Positions 41,840 through 57,772 are shown, counted from the first letter of the stretch. The stretch is 64,000 nt of DNA from Octopus vulgaris (GCA_951406725.2 OX597840.1:17980001-18044000); one strand, 5' to 3'. Translations and numbers: made by a program. Notes: generated from the letters alone by a model not told the origin.

Positions 41840-42536
41840 ACATAAAGCAATGATACTCAAAGATGTCAACTTCAAGACAACACTGGATGAACTGGAACTG
41901 CCTGTCTGGAATGTATCCAATTGGATCTGTGAGAATTTCTTGGGTAACAAGAAAGCAATGGACTACAAGGATAGCATCAAGAATCTTCTGAAATCTGACT
42001 CAGCAATGGGTTGTTGCATGTCGTTGAAAGTTCACTTCTTGGACTCCCATCTGGATTTCTTCACAGATAACTTTGGAACAGTGTCTGATGAACATGGTGA
42101 AAGATTTCACCAGGACATTAGAGCTATAGAGAAACGGTACCAAGGCTTCTGGAATGACAGTATACAGGCTGACTACTGCCGGACATTTTACCGTGATAAC
42201 CAGATCAGGAACACGGCAGGAAATCCAAATCCCAATGTTTCTCTGTTCTTCTAACTTCGTTTTATCAAACCCATTTTTTGTGTATTCACTCTTTGTAGAA
42301 TGATTATGAGGATTTGTAATTCAATAAACTCATTTACTTTCTAAAAATAATGTCCTTATTTATAACGTTAAGAATTTCATTTATACAAATATGTAAATAT
42401 TTGCATGTATCTGCTGAAAACTGATAAGTGCTGCATATAAAAAGAGTGAAATTTTGAAATCAGTTTGAAAAATTAGTCTAAAAAAGTTGGTTTGCATTCA
42501 TAATGAGTATAATACATTTAATTTTGTTGACCAGTG
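41840..42536 (+). mobile_element. Chapaev3-like DNA transposon, 3' part and terminus
   Basis: MGCCMSLKVHFLDSHLDFF.DNFGTVSDEHGERFHQDIRAIEKRYQG; ends 'ttgttgaccagtg' followed by TTA. Family name from recall of motif and terminus. Confidence 0.7.
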
Positions 42537-43345
42537 TTATGAAATATTAAAAATAAAGTTGGGTTTTTTTCCAGCTGCTGATGAGGATATATATTTTTCT
42601 GGAAAGTTATAAAGAGGCTTGGGAAAACTGTGATGGGGCATAGGATCCCAAAATTCTCTTTCTTTCATTTTTAGTAAGACATGGAAATGTGAAAATCTTT
42701 TCTTTCTCAGCAAACATATTCCACCTATACTCAGCGTAGCCAAACCAATCCTTCCAGCCAAGCAGACTGTGTGAAAACTGTATAGAGCTATTCTAATGCC
42801 CTGTTGTGGATATTTCTTTAAGGAAAGTATATAATTATGAGAAGTCGATACTCAACACTTAATAGAAGAGTTATCAGTAGACTCTTTTGTATTAGATAAT
42901 TGCGATAAAATATTAAAAATAAAGTTGTTTTTAACCAAGTTATAGTGGAGCCTGGGAGGTAATGGGTTGCGTTAAATGGCTAAAACACATTTTCAATTAA
43001 AAAATCTTTGTCGGGATTAAAATACGGAGACAACATTATGGTACTGGTGAGTAGAAGAACCTGATTGATGATGCGGCAAGGTTGAATTATATAAGCTCGT
43101 TATGTAAGTCTTCGCTTTCGTCATTAGCAATATCCATAAACATATTTAATAGGTGTGGATGGCAAAGGGCCAAGCAATTATTTGAAATCTGGCTGGAATA
43201 ACATAAAAAGAAACTGCAGAGCAAAATTAGCTCATGAGGCATTTAAATAATCTGTTCACGTTTCTGTTGTTTTTTTTTTTTTTTTTTTCTTCCCACCCAA
43301 AGCCTTGTGAGTGGATTTGGTAGACAGAAACTGAAAGACACCTTC

Positions 43346-43459
<114 letters not shown>

Positions 43460-44077
43460 TTAAATCCTTTAAAAATGTTTTAGCCCGAAGGCCGCGGCCA
43501 TGCTGGAGCACAGAGAGAGAGAGAGCAATAAGAAAATGAAAGGGACCAATAGGTGGGTGGTTCATCAACTTTTAGACATTATATTATGTCCACTTATTTA
43601 ATTATTTACTAAAATGACAATTACAAGAATATACATACATGTATAACATATTATGCTTTACATATAAAATATATTAATATATAACGATACCAGTAATTGT
43701 TAAAATATAACATAAAATATTATATATATATATACACATACATATGTGTGTATAGATATACATACACACACATGTATAAGTATAGACATATAGATATGTA
43801 TATACATGTTGAATCGTTAGCTCCTACACGCATTATTTTTTGTCTCCTTGTTTCTTTTCTGTGTATCTTTCTGTCAAAGAGCGTAGGCTCGAAACGTAAA
43901 AGACTTGTTTTATTTCTATTCCTGAGCGCCATACTAATACATTTGTTTGTTTGTACTCCACCTGCCTTCGTCTTTTGTCTATTTTCGTAAACCTTCCCGT
44001 TATATATATACACATATATACATATTCATACATATACACATATATATATACATACATACACACACACGCATATATAT

Positions 44078-44142
<65 letters not shown>

Positions 44143-44153
44143 CATACACACAC

Positions 44154-44948
44154 GGAATCCTACCTCTACCTCAACTTTACTCCCTTTTCCTCCGCCTCCG
44201 ACACTTGTGCAGCCGGGACCAGGATTTCGAGACTCAGTCCTGGTACCTTGCCCGCCTGTTCATGCATCGAGGATACCTATCCAAACTGCCCTTGCCTGCG
44301 CTCGGGTAACTGATCGCACCACCGCTCTCCCTCCTTCCCCACACCGATCCCCCAACTGCATTCCCTTCCCCTCCTTTTCCACCCCTCCATCCTACCTTTC
44401 GTCATCCTTCTGTCTTCTCCAGCTAGATCCAACTACCCACCCCATTTTCCCCAACCCGCCCTTACCTTCCTTTAAAAGCACCTGTAACCTACGTGATCTA
44501 CTGGTCCATAGCACCTCCCTCTCTTCCATTCCAGCTCAACCTGGATCCTTGCCTTGCTCTAGATCCTGCTGCCACACCTGTCCTTTCGTCACCAGCACCA
44601 CCTCCCTAACTGGATCCAACCAACACACCCTCCACCTTAGGAACTCCTTCTCCTTCACTTCTTCCAACCTTTTCAGATGTAATCTCTGCATCAGATGTAA
44701 TCTCTGCATCAGATGTAATCTCTGCAAATAACTCTATGTTGGTCAGACTGGCTGGCCAACCGGTTTACCGAACGTCTACGAGATGTTAGTTACCTACCAA
44801 CACTTCCGTCGCCCATTATTTCCGCTTGGCCAACCACTCCACCTCAAATATCACCCTCATCAGATTCGCCCTACACCTCGGATCCATACACCCTCGGCTC
44901 CGCCTGGAACAGCGTTACATTTTCACTCTACAAATACAAACTCCTGCG

Positions 44949-44950
<2 letters not shown>
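44154..44950 (+). mobile_element. Decayed Penelope-like element, Neptune-like (RT thumb, Cys linker, GIY-YIG)
   Basis: SLFLRLRHLCSRDQDF...RGY; NLRDLLVHS; PCSRSCCHTCP; LYVGQTG; 18-bp triplication at ~44674-44727; bounded by (CA)/(TA) tracts. Confidence 0.8.
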
Positions 44951-45001
<51 letters not shown>

Positions 45002-45003
<2 letters not shown>

Positions 45004-45402
45004 CTTTCTTTTTTACTTGTTTCAGTCATTTGACTGCGGCTATGGTGGAGCACCGCCTTTAGTCGAGCAAATCGACCCCAGGACTTATTCTTTGTAAGCC
45101 TAGTAATTATTCTAACGGTCTCTTTTGCCGAACCATTAAGTTACGGGTACATGAACACACCAGCATCGGTTGTCAAGCGATTTTGGAGGGACAAACACAG
45201 ACACACAAACACACACATATATATATATATACATATACACGACAGGCTTCCTTCAGTTTCCGTCTACCAAATCCACTCACAAGGCTTTGGTCGGCCCGAG
45301 GCTATAGTAGAAGACACTTGCCCAAAGTGTCATGCAGTAGGACTGAACCCGGAACCATGTGGTTGGTAATCAAGCTACTTACCACACAGCCACTCCTGCG
45401 CC
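45002..45402 (-). mobile_element. SINE family B, full length
   Basis: Reverse complement of head, body and tail. Confidence 0.85.
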
Positions 45403-45647
45403 TACATATATATATATATTTATATATATATATATATATTCCAAAATGTAACTACATGTGAATCGTTGGCGCTTTTTTTTCCTCCGCCGTTCTTTTCTAT
45501 TGGACTTTCCTCTGTTTCTGAAGAAGAGCCTGGTTCAAAACGTTAAAACCATCTTTCTTTCCTTCCCTGAGTGTCTGCTAATACTTTACTTGTACCACGT
45601 CCTTACATTGCTGTTTTTTTGTGTTTGTTGTTCTTTTTTAGGATTTA

Positions 45648-45715
<68 letters not shown>

Positions 45716-47313
45716 CAAAATTCTTTCAGTTTCCATCTACCAAATCCACTCACAAGGCTGAGGCTATTGTAGGAGACATTTGCCCAAGGTGCCATGCAGT
45801 GGGACTGAACCCGGAACCATGTGGTTGGGAAGCTTCTTAGCACACAGCCACTCCTGTGCCTATTAATTATCTCCTTTTATCTTTTTTCTTATTTTATCGT
45901 TGTATTAATTTCTATTTTTTATCTTTTTATTTATTTTATTTTCTATCTGGTATCCTTTATTTTTTTATTTTATTGTTAGTTATTATTTTTCTTTTTCATT
46001 TTGTATTTTTCTCTTTTCTCTCTGTTTTTATTTTTATCTATTTTACTTTTAACAGTATTCTGAGAACGATGTACAAATTTGGAAATCTTCGTCTTTGTTC
46101 TTGCCCGCCAAGTGTCTCAAGCACTTTCAGAGGACCATATAATTCGTTCAATATCCTGGATAGATTCATTTTTTTCTCTCCTATGAGAATTGTTGTTTAT
46201 TTCTTCTAATGTACAATGGCTTTGCTTCAGATTCTGCCCACATACCAAATTCATCAGCTACTCACGAGCATCAACAAATACTTCTTCAAATTTGTTTTTT
46301 TTTTATCACTCCTACAATCAATAAGATACTTTGGGGTTTACTCAAGCTCTTTTGACTGCAATTTTTTGCTAGTGATTTTAATTTAAAAAATAATATTATA
46401 CCAAAGAATTAACGAGGTCAGAAAACTGAACTTGGAAATCTCGTTGGCAAGACCTTGAGCGTCTCCACGTGAAGAAGGGTCACTTGAACCTGTGAGGTTA
46501 GCATCTTCAGTAATTCCAATTAATGCTTCATAAACTTTACCAAGCTCATAACGAAGGGGTTGAAGGGCATCAATTCTCTTCTCTCATCTTGTTTCACTTA
46601 ATGGTTTCACAGTTATGATGTCACACGAGATTTCAGAGCCTCCCATTGACGTGTTGAGGAGGGAAGGTACACATAAGTACGTTGTACCAGGTCAAAAAAC
46701 TTTGTTGCATCTAAACAGTTTGAAGATTTGATAAGTGAAATTTTTGTTATAATAACAAAATTATCCTGAAGGCACATGGCCTAGTGGTTAGAGCAGCGGA
46801 CTCGCGATCGAGGGATCGCGGATTCCAATCTCAGACCGAGCAATGTGTGTGTTTATGAGCGAAACACTGAAGCTCCACGCAGCTCTGGCATAAGGTAATG
46901 GCGAAATTCCGCTGTCTCTTTCGCCACAACTTTCCCTCAGTTTCCTTCTGCGTCTTGCAGCTCACCTGCGACGGACCGGCATCCCATCCATGGGAGGAAC
47001 CTATACATTAAGAAAACGGGGATACTAGCCCTATGAGCCAGGCATGGCTCGAGAAGGAACAAACAAACATTATTACTTTATAATTATAAATTTCATAAAC
47101 TCTCTCTCTTCTAAATCAGCACCTCTCGAGACATCCCCATATTTTGTCGCTCCTTAGATGTTGCTGCCCTAGGCGGTCACCTAGTTCGCCTAGTGGTAGA
47201 TCCAGCCCTCTGTACTGATATGTATGTGTGTGCGTATGCACGTGTGTAAGTATGTATGCTGTTATCTTGTGTGTGTGTATGTGTTGTGTGGAGTGATGTG
47301 CATTTTGTTTGTG

Positions 47314-47419
<106 letters not shown>

Positions 47420-47584
47420 GATTTTGGGATCTGATGATACGTCATAAGGCCAGGCCCTTCATTGACATGAAACCTAAAGAAATCCCATTACTGATCTCTT
47501 TTTGTTGAACCGCTAAAGCCGCAGGACGTTAACAGACCGATACCGGTTGTGAAGCAGAGTGGTGAGAAATAAAAACAAACAGAA

Positions 47585-47623
<39 letters not shown>

Positions 47624-47799
47624 GGGCTTCTTTCAGTTTCCATCTGCCAAATCCACCCACAAGCTTTTGTGGTTGGCTCGAAGGGTTTAATTAAATAAAA
47701 TGTCATAAGTACATCGTTTCTCTTTTTAAACCTGATCCTTGATCTATCGAATCTTTTTCTTGAATTGCTAAGTCACAAGGATCAAATCCATCATAAGGC

Positions 47800-48210
47800 T
47801 TATATTTATATATATTTTCTCCTGTCAAAGAATGTTCTTCCAGCATTCGCCACTTTACCTCGTCTGGTTTAACAGTCCTCGCTATTTGTTCTCAGTTTTC
47901 ATTACCAACTTTGACTCTCTGTAAATCCCAAATTTTATTTTGGTTCGTGGGAACAACTGTTTTCTCGAAAGCACATATTGTCATGAATTGCACGAAATGT
48001 GGAGTAGATCAACAACCGACAACTGATGAAAGGTCGTTTTTTCATGTCACTCGTCTTGTTTTACATTTGTTTCTCTCGTTCGCAAAAAAAGTTTGTCTTC
48101 GTATTTCATGTTGTTTTCGTATTTCGTATTTCATGTTATTTACATTTTGTGACATCCTGACCCGTATATGCATATATATACATATATATGTAAGTATGTA
48201 CATATATTCA
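47800..48210. repeat. ~400-bp element present as an inverted copy at 50335-50720
   Basis: Near-identical reverse-complement match; both give the same spurious MTLCKSQILFWF ORF. Confidence 0.85.
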
Positions 48211-48739
48211 TGAGGCTACAGAAAAGACACTTGCACAAGGTGCCATGCTTTGGGATTGAACTTGGAAACACGTTGTTGGAAAACAAACTCCTCAGCACTC
48301 AGCTATGCCCCACATAATTGTTATTGAGTATCTCTATCCATGTGGCGGATGAAAACACGGAAAAACCCATTCAAACTAAAGTGCTCGTTAGCGTTAAGTA
48401 GAGTTGAGTGGATCGACTTATTCAATGAGGAAAACTATGGCTCTGACAAGAATTATTCTGCGGAGGTGAAAAGGAGATAAGTCTGTGGACTGGGATTAAG
48501 TAGACGTGCACCGAGAGAGCACAATTTCGACTTTAACCCTATCTTCTCCATACTGTATGTGTGCATGTGACTGTTTGTTTGTGCGTGTATGTGGGTGTTT
48601 CTTGTGCACATGTGTATGTTACATGTTGACAATATATGCACAGCTGAAAACTGTAAACAGAGTAGGATACAATAATTTATACATACATACATGTGTGTGT
48701 GTGTGCATGTGTATATATATGTATGTATATGTGTATATT

Positions 48740-48773
<34 letters not shown>

Positions 48774-48882
48774 TGTATGTATATATACCACACAGCCACT
48801 CCTGCTCCTATAGCCACTTATATTTTTTCTTGTTTTCAGATCAGTTTTTTTCCTAGAAGTAGAGTGTTGAAAGTCAACATTA

Positions 48883-48954
<72 letters not shown>

Positions 48955-49164
48955 ATATATGTACTTACTTTCCCACCACCACCCGTTTAACAAATAAGCA
49001 AAACAAGACTTTTAAATGACAGAATTGAGTGTTTATTAAGCGAAAATACCTGAAGCCCCACGAGGCTCCGGCAGGGGGTGGTGGCGATCCCTGCTCTGCT
49101 CTTTCGTCACAACTTCCTCTCACTCTTTCTTCTGTTGGCCTGCTCGCTTAGCTAGCGGGGTGAC

Positions 49165-49270
<106 letters not shown>

Positions 49271-49278
49271 TTTATATA

Positions 49279-49310
<32 letters not shown>

Positions 49311-49459
49311 ACCCTATATATAAATACGTATATATATACGTATATATATATATATACGTATATATATATATATATATATTTCATATTCCACCATATATAT
49401 ATATATATAGGTTTATATATATATATATATACGACATATATAGTACGCAGTATATATAC

Positions 49460-49494
<35 letters not shown>

Positions 49495-49496
49495 GC

Positions 49497-49534
<38 letters not shown>

Positions 49535-49569
49535 TATATATATATATATATATTATATTGATATATATA

Positions 49570-49615
<46 letters not shown>

Positions 49616-49643
49616 ATATACACTTGGCCCCACCTTGACGGAT

Positions 49644-49698
<55 letters not shown>

Positions 49699-49700
49699 AC

Positions 49701-49792
<92 letters not shown>

Positions 49793-49872
49793 GTATATAT
49801 ATATCTATACGTATATATATACGTATATATATATATATATACGTATATATATATATATATATATATATATAC

Positions 49873-49913
<41 letters not shown>

Positions 49914-49966
49914 CATGCATGCATACATACACACACACATACATACATTATATATATTATACATTC

Positions 49967-50013
<47 letters not shown>

Positions 50014-50074
50014 TAAAATATGGTAAGACAACAAAAGAAAGAAAGAGACCTCGATATTATGTAAATAGAGGAAT

Positions 50075-50290
50075 TTATCTATAAATGTAATATGTGACAA
50101 TTATTCGGTAGCCATGATAAATACTCCGAGTTTCAGATGTCGGGGCGGAAACCCACGCTGCCATCTTTTCAGTTATCCGATGGCCCAATAACTGAAGAGA
50201 TGGCGGCGTGTGTTTCCGCCTCGACATCCGAAACTCAGGGCTTTATCATGGCTACCGAATAATTGTCACATATTACATTTACAGATAATC
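50075..50290. mobile_element. Fold-back element with a hammerhead-like motif in each arm
   Basis: ataa CTGAAGA gatg gcgg...ccgc...catc c GAAA ctc.g.g.. ttat at 50188-50246 (+); mirror at ~50116-50176 keeps ACTCgGAGT stem III and GUA. Confidence 0.65.
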
Positions 50291-50810
50291 TAAATAATAT
50301 ATATATATATTTATATATATATGCATATATACATGAATATATGTACATACTTACATATATGTGTATATATATGCATATATGGGTCAGGATGTCACAAAAT
50401 GTAAATAACATGAAATACGAAATATGAAAACAAACTTCTTTTTGTGCACGAGAGAAATAAATGAAAAACAAAACGAGTGACATGAAAAAACGACCTTTCA
50501 TCAGTTGTCGGTTGTTGATCTACTCCACATTTCGTGCAATTCATGACAATATGTGCTTTCGAGAAAACAGTTGTTCCCACGAACCAAAATAAAATTTGGG
50601 ATTTACAGAGAGTCAAAGTTGGTAATGAAAACTGAGAACAAATAGCGAGGACTGTTAAACCAGACGAGGTAAAGTGGCGAATGCTGGAAGAACATTCTTT
50701 GACAGGAGAAAATATATATAAATATAGTTATATGTGTAGCAATATGTATATATTTCTGTATATAGATAGATATACATATACGTATGTGTGTTTGTATGTG
50801 TATATATGTA

Positions 50811-50919
<109 letters not shown>

Positions 50920-50929
50920 AATATATACA

Positions 50930-52370
50930 ATGGAATATAACAATGGAATATAAAAATATTCACAATGGAATATAACAAAGAACAACTCCCATTTTTAGAC
51001 ATCATGATAAAAAAAGTTAACAATGAAATCATAACTGACATTTATTATAAACCAACTGATTCAAAACAATATCTTACTTTTAACTCATGCCACCCGAAAC
51101 ACATAACATAAACATACCTTTCAACTTAGCAAAAAGGATCTGCACAATAGTGTCTGATAGAAATACTTGGTACCCCCGTCGTCAAGTCCTCAAAACAACA
51201 CTTATTGAAAGACAATATCCACCCTCTCTTATCGACGAGGGAATTAAACGTGCCAAACAATTAGACACAAAAACACTAAGAACAATAAAGCATAACACCA
51301 CACCTCAACTCAAAACATTACTATTTATATCAACACACAACCCCAGAAATGGTGAGGCATTCAACACTATTGTGCAAACTCTTCCTTTACTAACTAGAGA
51401 TCCAAAAATGAACGACATCCTGAAAACACACAAACTCATCAAATGCAAAAAACAAGACAAATCACTAAAGAGACTACTAACAAATGCAAAGCTTTACAAA
51501 ACAACCACGAAACCAACGGTTGAAAAATGTGGATGCCCAAACTGTGGAACCTGCCCCAACCTACTTGAAGGCTCGGATTTCCTTTTCAAACAAGGACAGA
51601 GGTTCACAATTAAAACTAGTTTCATTTGTGCCTCTGAGAACCTAATTTATGTAATAACCTGCTCGGGTTGCGGACACCACTATATTGGACAAACGAGTAT
51701 GGCCTTGAGAAAGAGAACTACTCTACATAAGGAGCAAATCCGTTTCCCGCAATACAGACAAATTCCTCTCACTGAAAATATAGAAAAATGTGCAGGTAAC
51801 ATCAAACCAAATTTCACATTCTTCCCTTTCTGCCAGTGCAAAGATGCAATCTCTCAACTAGAACGTTTAAATAAAGAAACTTTTTTCATTGAAAAATACA
51901 AAACACGTCTTAATATGCACGCATAACCAACTTTTATCTTTTTACATATTTCAATTCACGATTACATCACTGTACATAAATCCCCTACTAAACAAGGTTT
52001 TTGAAACTTGTCTCTGTCTGTACACATATATAATCCCCACCCATTACCGAAAGCTGAACAGTTATCTCCCTTACCAACAACAATAACAATAATAACGACA
52101 ACCAATTACCTCCCTTTATTTATCTACTTGTGAAGTCATTCACTCGTGAATTTCATCACACACAACATGGACCAAATTTCTTCTTAAGAAAACATATATA
52201 TTCAAATAAGTAAAACATAATATCATGAATAGCGATAGCGAAACCGGTCGATATATTAAAAATTATATTAAAACTATGTAAGTGTGCGTATTTTCCTTTT
52301 TTAATTTCTTATATACATTACAACTCACCACGTGGGGATAATCGAAATTCCTCTTTTCTGTTACTACTAT
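50930..52370 (+). mobile_element. 5'-truncated Penelope-like element, Neptune-like, with 3' hammerhead; flanked by (TA)n
   Basis: FTMEY...LPFLDI...YYKPTDSKQYL.FNSCHP, frameshift into ORF 51087-51926 with CGCPNCGTC linker and NLIYVITC..C...YIGQT...R...H GIY-YIG domain. Confidence 0.9.
52220..52254 (+). ncRNA. Minimal type-I hammerhead ribozyme, A3-U8 variant
   Basis: atatc ATGAATA gc gata gc GAAA ccgg TC gatat; ~300 nt downstream of the PLE stop codon, sense orientation. Confidence 0.7.
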
Positions 52371-52530
52371 ATATATATATATATATTGGCATGGCTCGAG
52401 AAGGAACATTTATTTTTTATTTATATGATTATATATGCATATACATGTATATATATGTACATATGTATACATGTATATATTTACATATAGCATATATATG
52501 TGTATACATGTATGTATACATATATATATA

Positions 52531-52606
<76 letters not shown>

Positions 52607-52950
52607 CATATATATAAACAACTATTGAAGAGTTTACAAGAAACGACAAATATTTTAGTAAAATAAGGAAAAAAGTAAATGACTGGAAACTGAACCAATG
52701 AGTGTCTTAATTAATAAGGCATTAAAACAGAATGACTTTCTTCATACACAACAACATATATATACATACATCTAATATAATAAATGTGAAAACCAATTTC
52801 TGTGTGTCAGTGTGTCACGCTTAGACCCACTCTCTTTCTATTCAATGACATTCCTACTATTCCTCATGATGGGGTGAGAGTAAAAGTAGGCATAGAGTCG
52901 GTGAGGGCGGTGGCAAAGGCAGAGAGAGAGAGAAAAAGAAAAAGAGAGAG

Positions 52951-52981
<31 letters not shown>

Positions 52982-53261
52982 AAGGGAGACAAAGAAATTT
53001 AGGAAGAGTTGATGATGTTTTATTAAAAGTAGTAGTAGTGTTGGTGGTAGAAGTGGGAGTAATGATAGAAGAGAGAGGAAGAGTGGGTATGTGAGAGAAA
53101 GAGGGAGATGATGCACAACTGAGTTTAACCACGTGTCTTTGACAGATATTCCTGTTACCAGTAATTTCATAGGATTTTGTTATCCCTGAATGAGGTCTGT
53201 AACCTTTGATTTGTGCTTACATATATATGTGTGTGTGTGTTTGTGTGTATATATTTGTATC

Positions 53262-54245
53262 ATCATTATCATCATTATCATCATCATCATCTTTTAACGT
53301 CCGCTTTCCATGCTAGCATGGGTTTGATGACTTGACTGAGGACTGGCGAACCAGATGGCTCCACCAGGCTCCAATCTGATCTGGCAGAGTTTCTACAGCT
53401 GGATGCCCTTCCTAACGGCAACCACTCCGAGAGTGTAGCTTTTACTTGCTACCGGCACGAGAGCCAGTCAGGCGGTACTGGCAACGGCCACGCTCAAGTG
53501 ATATTTTTTACATGCCACCTGCATAGGAGCCAGTCTAGCAGCACTGTCTACGACTTCACTCGAATGTTTTTCACATGCCACTGGCATAAGTGTCAGTAAG
53601 GCGACATTTGAATGGAGCTTTTTACGTGCCACCGGCACAGAAGCCAGTCAGCTGCTCTGGCAGCGATCATGCTCAGATGGTGCTCTTAGCGCTCCACTGG
53701 CTCGGGTGCCAGTCATCGAATTTGCGAATTTGATTTGATTTCGATTTCACTTACCTCAACAGGTCTTCGCAAGCAGAGTTTAGTGTCCAATAAAGGAAAG
53801 GTATGCATAAGTGGGCTGGTTACACCCCTGGCATAGGCCATGGGATTATGGTCTTACTTGGCTTGCTGGGTCTTCTCACGCACTGCATATTTCCAAAGGT
53901 CTCAGTCACTAGTCATTGCCTTGATGAGGCCTAATGTCCAAATGTCATGCTTCACCAGATCTTCCTGGGTCTACCTCTTCCACAGAATTCCTCAACCGCT
54001 AGGGTGTGACACTTTTTTACACAGCTATCCTCATCCATTCTCGCCACATGACCATACCAGCGCAGTCGTCTCTCTTGCATACCACATCTGATGCTTCTTA
54101 GGTCCAACTTTTCTCTCAAGGTACTAACACTCTGTCAAGTATGCACACAGACATTACACATCCATCGGATCATACTGGCTTCATTCCTTGCGAGCTTACA
54201 CATATCCTCAGCAGCCACGTCCCACGTTTCACTGCCATGTAGCAT
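53262..54245 (-). mobile_element. RTE-clade LINE 3' end
   Basis: MLHGSETWDVAAEDMCKLARNEASMIRWMCNV; downstream W.GHVAR; (GAT)n tail. Confidence 0.85.
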
Positions 54246-54807
54246 GTATGTACAAGTATATATGTGGAGGTGCAATGGCCCAGTAGTTAGGGCAGCAGAC
54301 TCCCGATCGTAGGATCGCAGTTTCGATTCCCAGACCGGGCATTGTGAGTGTTTATTGAGCGAAAACACCCAAAAAGCTTCACGAGGCTCCGGCAGGGGTA
54401 GGTGGCTATCCCTGCTGTACTCTTTCACCACAACTTTCTTACACAACTTTCTCTCTTTCTTACTCTTTCTGTTGTACCTATATTTCAAATGGCCAGCCGT
54501 GGCACATTCTGTGTCACGCTGAATCTCCCCAAGAACTACATTAAGGGTTCACGTATCTGTGGAGCGCTCAGCCACTTGCACGTTAATAAATGAGCTGCGA
54601 TGTCACTGGTGCCAAGCTGTATTGGCCTTCGCCTTTCCCTTGGGTAACATCGGTGGTCGACTGCATGGTCGACTGCATGGTCGACTGCTGGTCTTCCATA
54701 AACAACCCTGCCCAGATTTGTGCCTCGGAGGGTAACTTTCTAGGTGCAATCCCATGGTCAGTCATGACCGAAGGGGATCATACAGATACATGTATATATG
54801 TATGTGT

Positions 54808-55390
<583 letters not shown>

Positions 55391-56477
55391 GAGTATATAT
55401 ATATATATATAGACACAGTTATAAATACATACAAACATATATATGTATACATATTTGTATACATACAAACGTGTGTGTATGTGTGTGTTCATGTTTGCGT
55501 GAGAAGTGGTGGATGCAGGAAAACTGCAGGAAATGATAAACAAATCTATTTTTATCCGAGAAGAGTTGGGGTGCGCATATTGTTCTAACCTCTATAGTTT
55601 GACCCGTCTAGCAAGAGCTTGCAGTCGGCTGGCATAGTCCTCAGGGTCACTGTGGCACGCAAACCACTAAACTGCAACAAAGACGGGACATTGTGAAGTT
55701 TGTCCCCCTACCACATGCTTGGCAACCACTGTTGGTGAGTTTACGCTCCCGTAAGCTAGCGGTTCGTCAGCAGACACCAACAGAGTAAGCCACGTGATCA
55801 CGTTACCAACCAGGCTATTAAATGTTACACATCGCTAGTCACAATGCATTTTTGCAGTGTTTAGCCTCTGAATGACGCCACACCCCTGGCTAGACAAGCA
55901 GGCAGACAATCCCCCTCGATCGGAAAGGGAACTGAAGCAACATAAAACGAAGTGTTTTGCTCAAGAACACAACACGCTGCCCAATCAGGGAATCGAACCC
56001 ACGATCTAGCAATCGTGACTGCAATAGCCTGTAGCGGCACAAGCAGTCAGCGCCATATTGGATGAGATCTTGCCGGCAGCCATTGCCATCTCCAAGACTG
56101 GAGCAAGTCCTCACATATGCGAGATCACAACGCGGCTCGCGATGGAAAAACTATATAAAGGGAAAACCCAATTCAAATCTCTCTCTTTTTGGCACCACCT
56201 CACAGCAGCATTGGCTGAACACCACCTCTGGCTGAGGCTTTCTGCCTGTCTATCTCCAGAAGCAATGCGCCCACACTAACGGAGCTATGTACACAACACA
56301 CACAGCTAAAGATGGTAGCTGAGAGCAGCACACTACACCTTTCCTGTAAATAAACCAGTTGTAAATAGCATTTATACTTGAAGTCTTCTCTCTTCGCCTG
56401 CCGAAAGCCTGAACAACATGAAGAACAAAAAAATGATGGAATGAGACGATATTCTTCCGAAATCGTAAACCTTGCCA

Positions 56478-57277
56478 GATCATTTCCTTTTGAACGGCAC
56501 ATGTCAACGCAATTTCTAGTTAACTAAACACTTTAAAACTTCGTATACTGGTAGAATGTGTCAAAATAAAGCATTTTTTCTCTTGGCTTTCTTGAGAAAA
56601 TTGTAATTTGTTTGTTTAACGTAGTTTAATTTTTCGAATTTTAACCAATGAATCGCCTCTAGTGAGCTAAAATCATTTGCTGCGTCTAAAACTGAGACAA
56701 CATCCTGTCACTAACCCTAACCCTCACCCTAACCCTAAATTTTAGCCTTTCGTTTTCTTTTTCTTAATTGTTAAATTAATTTAATTGTTACGCGTGTGTC
56801 TAAAATTATTCGTTTTGTTTTTGTTTTGAGTTTTTGCTTTCGTTTTAGCCTTTCGTTATGTATACGTACGGAAAGCGTGTGTATAAAATTATAGAATTAT
56901 TTTGTTTGTTAATAGTTTGAATTATTTTCCATTGCTTTCGTTTTAGCCTTTCGTTTTTTTTTTCTTAATTGTTATCCTTAAATTAATTTAACAATTAATA
57001 AGAAAAAAAAAACGAAAGGCTAAAATTTAGGGTGAGGGTGAGGGTTAGTGACAAGATGTAGTCTCAGTTTTAGACGCAGCAAAGGATTTTAGCTCAATTA
57101 GAGGCAATTGATTGGTTAAAATTCGGAAAATTAAACTATGTTAAACAAACGAATTTTATCAAGAAAGCCAAGAGAAATTTTTTTTTATTTTGACACATTC
57201 TACCAGTATACGAAGTTTTAAAGTGTTTAGTTTACTAGAAATTGTGTTGACATGTGCCGTTCAAAAGGAAAAGATCC
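56478..57277. mobile_element. Mutator-like MITE with long TIRs and 9-bp TSD
   Basis: ~300-bp TIRs starting (g)gatc.tttccttttgaacggcac; TSD 'accttgcca' at 56469-56477 and 57278-57286; related one-sided fragment at ~39290-39546. Confidence 0.85.
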
Positions 57278-57364
57278 ACCTTGCCAAACAATTATTAAAA
57301 GCCTAACCACTAGGCCACGCGCCTTCACAGTACAATAAGTTCCAAGTTTGAAATAATAATAATG

Positions 57365-57410
<46 letters not shown>

Positions 57411-57772
57411 TGATGATAATAATAATAAGCACTGGAATTAATTCATGCAACTAAGAATTCTTGAAATGACTGGAAAAAGTAGAGGATCAAACGTGAAGTA
57501 TGAAACTATTTATTCAAATTAACCAACTTCGGATACAGGGTTTGCTTACTCAATACAGAGTACGGTATATTGAACGATATTGTACAGTATTGCCGGATTT
57601 CTGGAAATATCGGATAAGGGTGCCGGTTCGGTATTGTTATTTTAGACATCTCGGCAAATGCAAAACAAAAAAGGAAAAACGGTCTTGATAGAAGAATATT
57701 TCAAGGGAGGCGACTCTTGTATATAACAAGGGAAATAACTCCGAAAGACAGTATTTACGTGAGATAATATTT

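Noticed and set aside
56711-56738. Telomere remnant or fusion site
   Set aside because: Only ~4 repeats, part of a MITE TIR bounded by a TSD.
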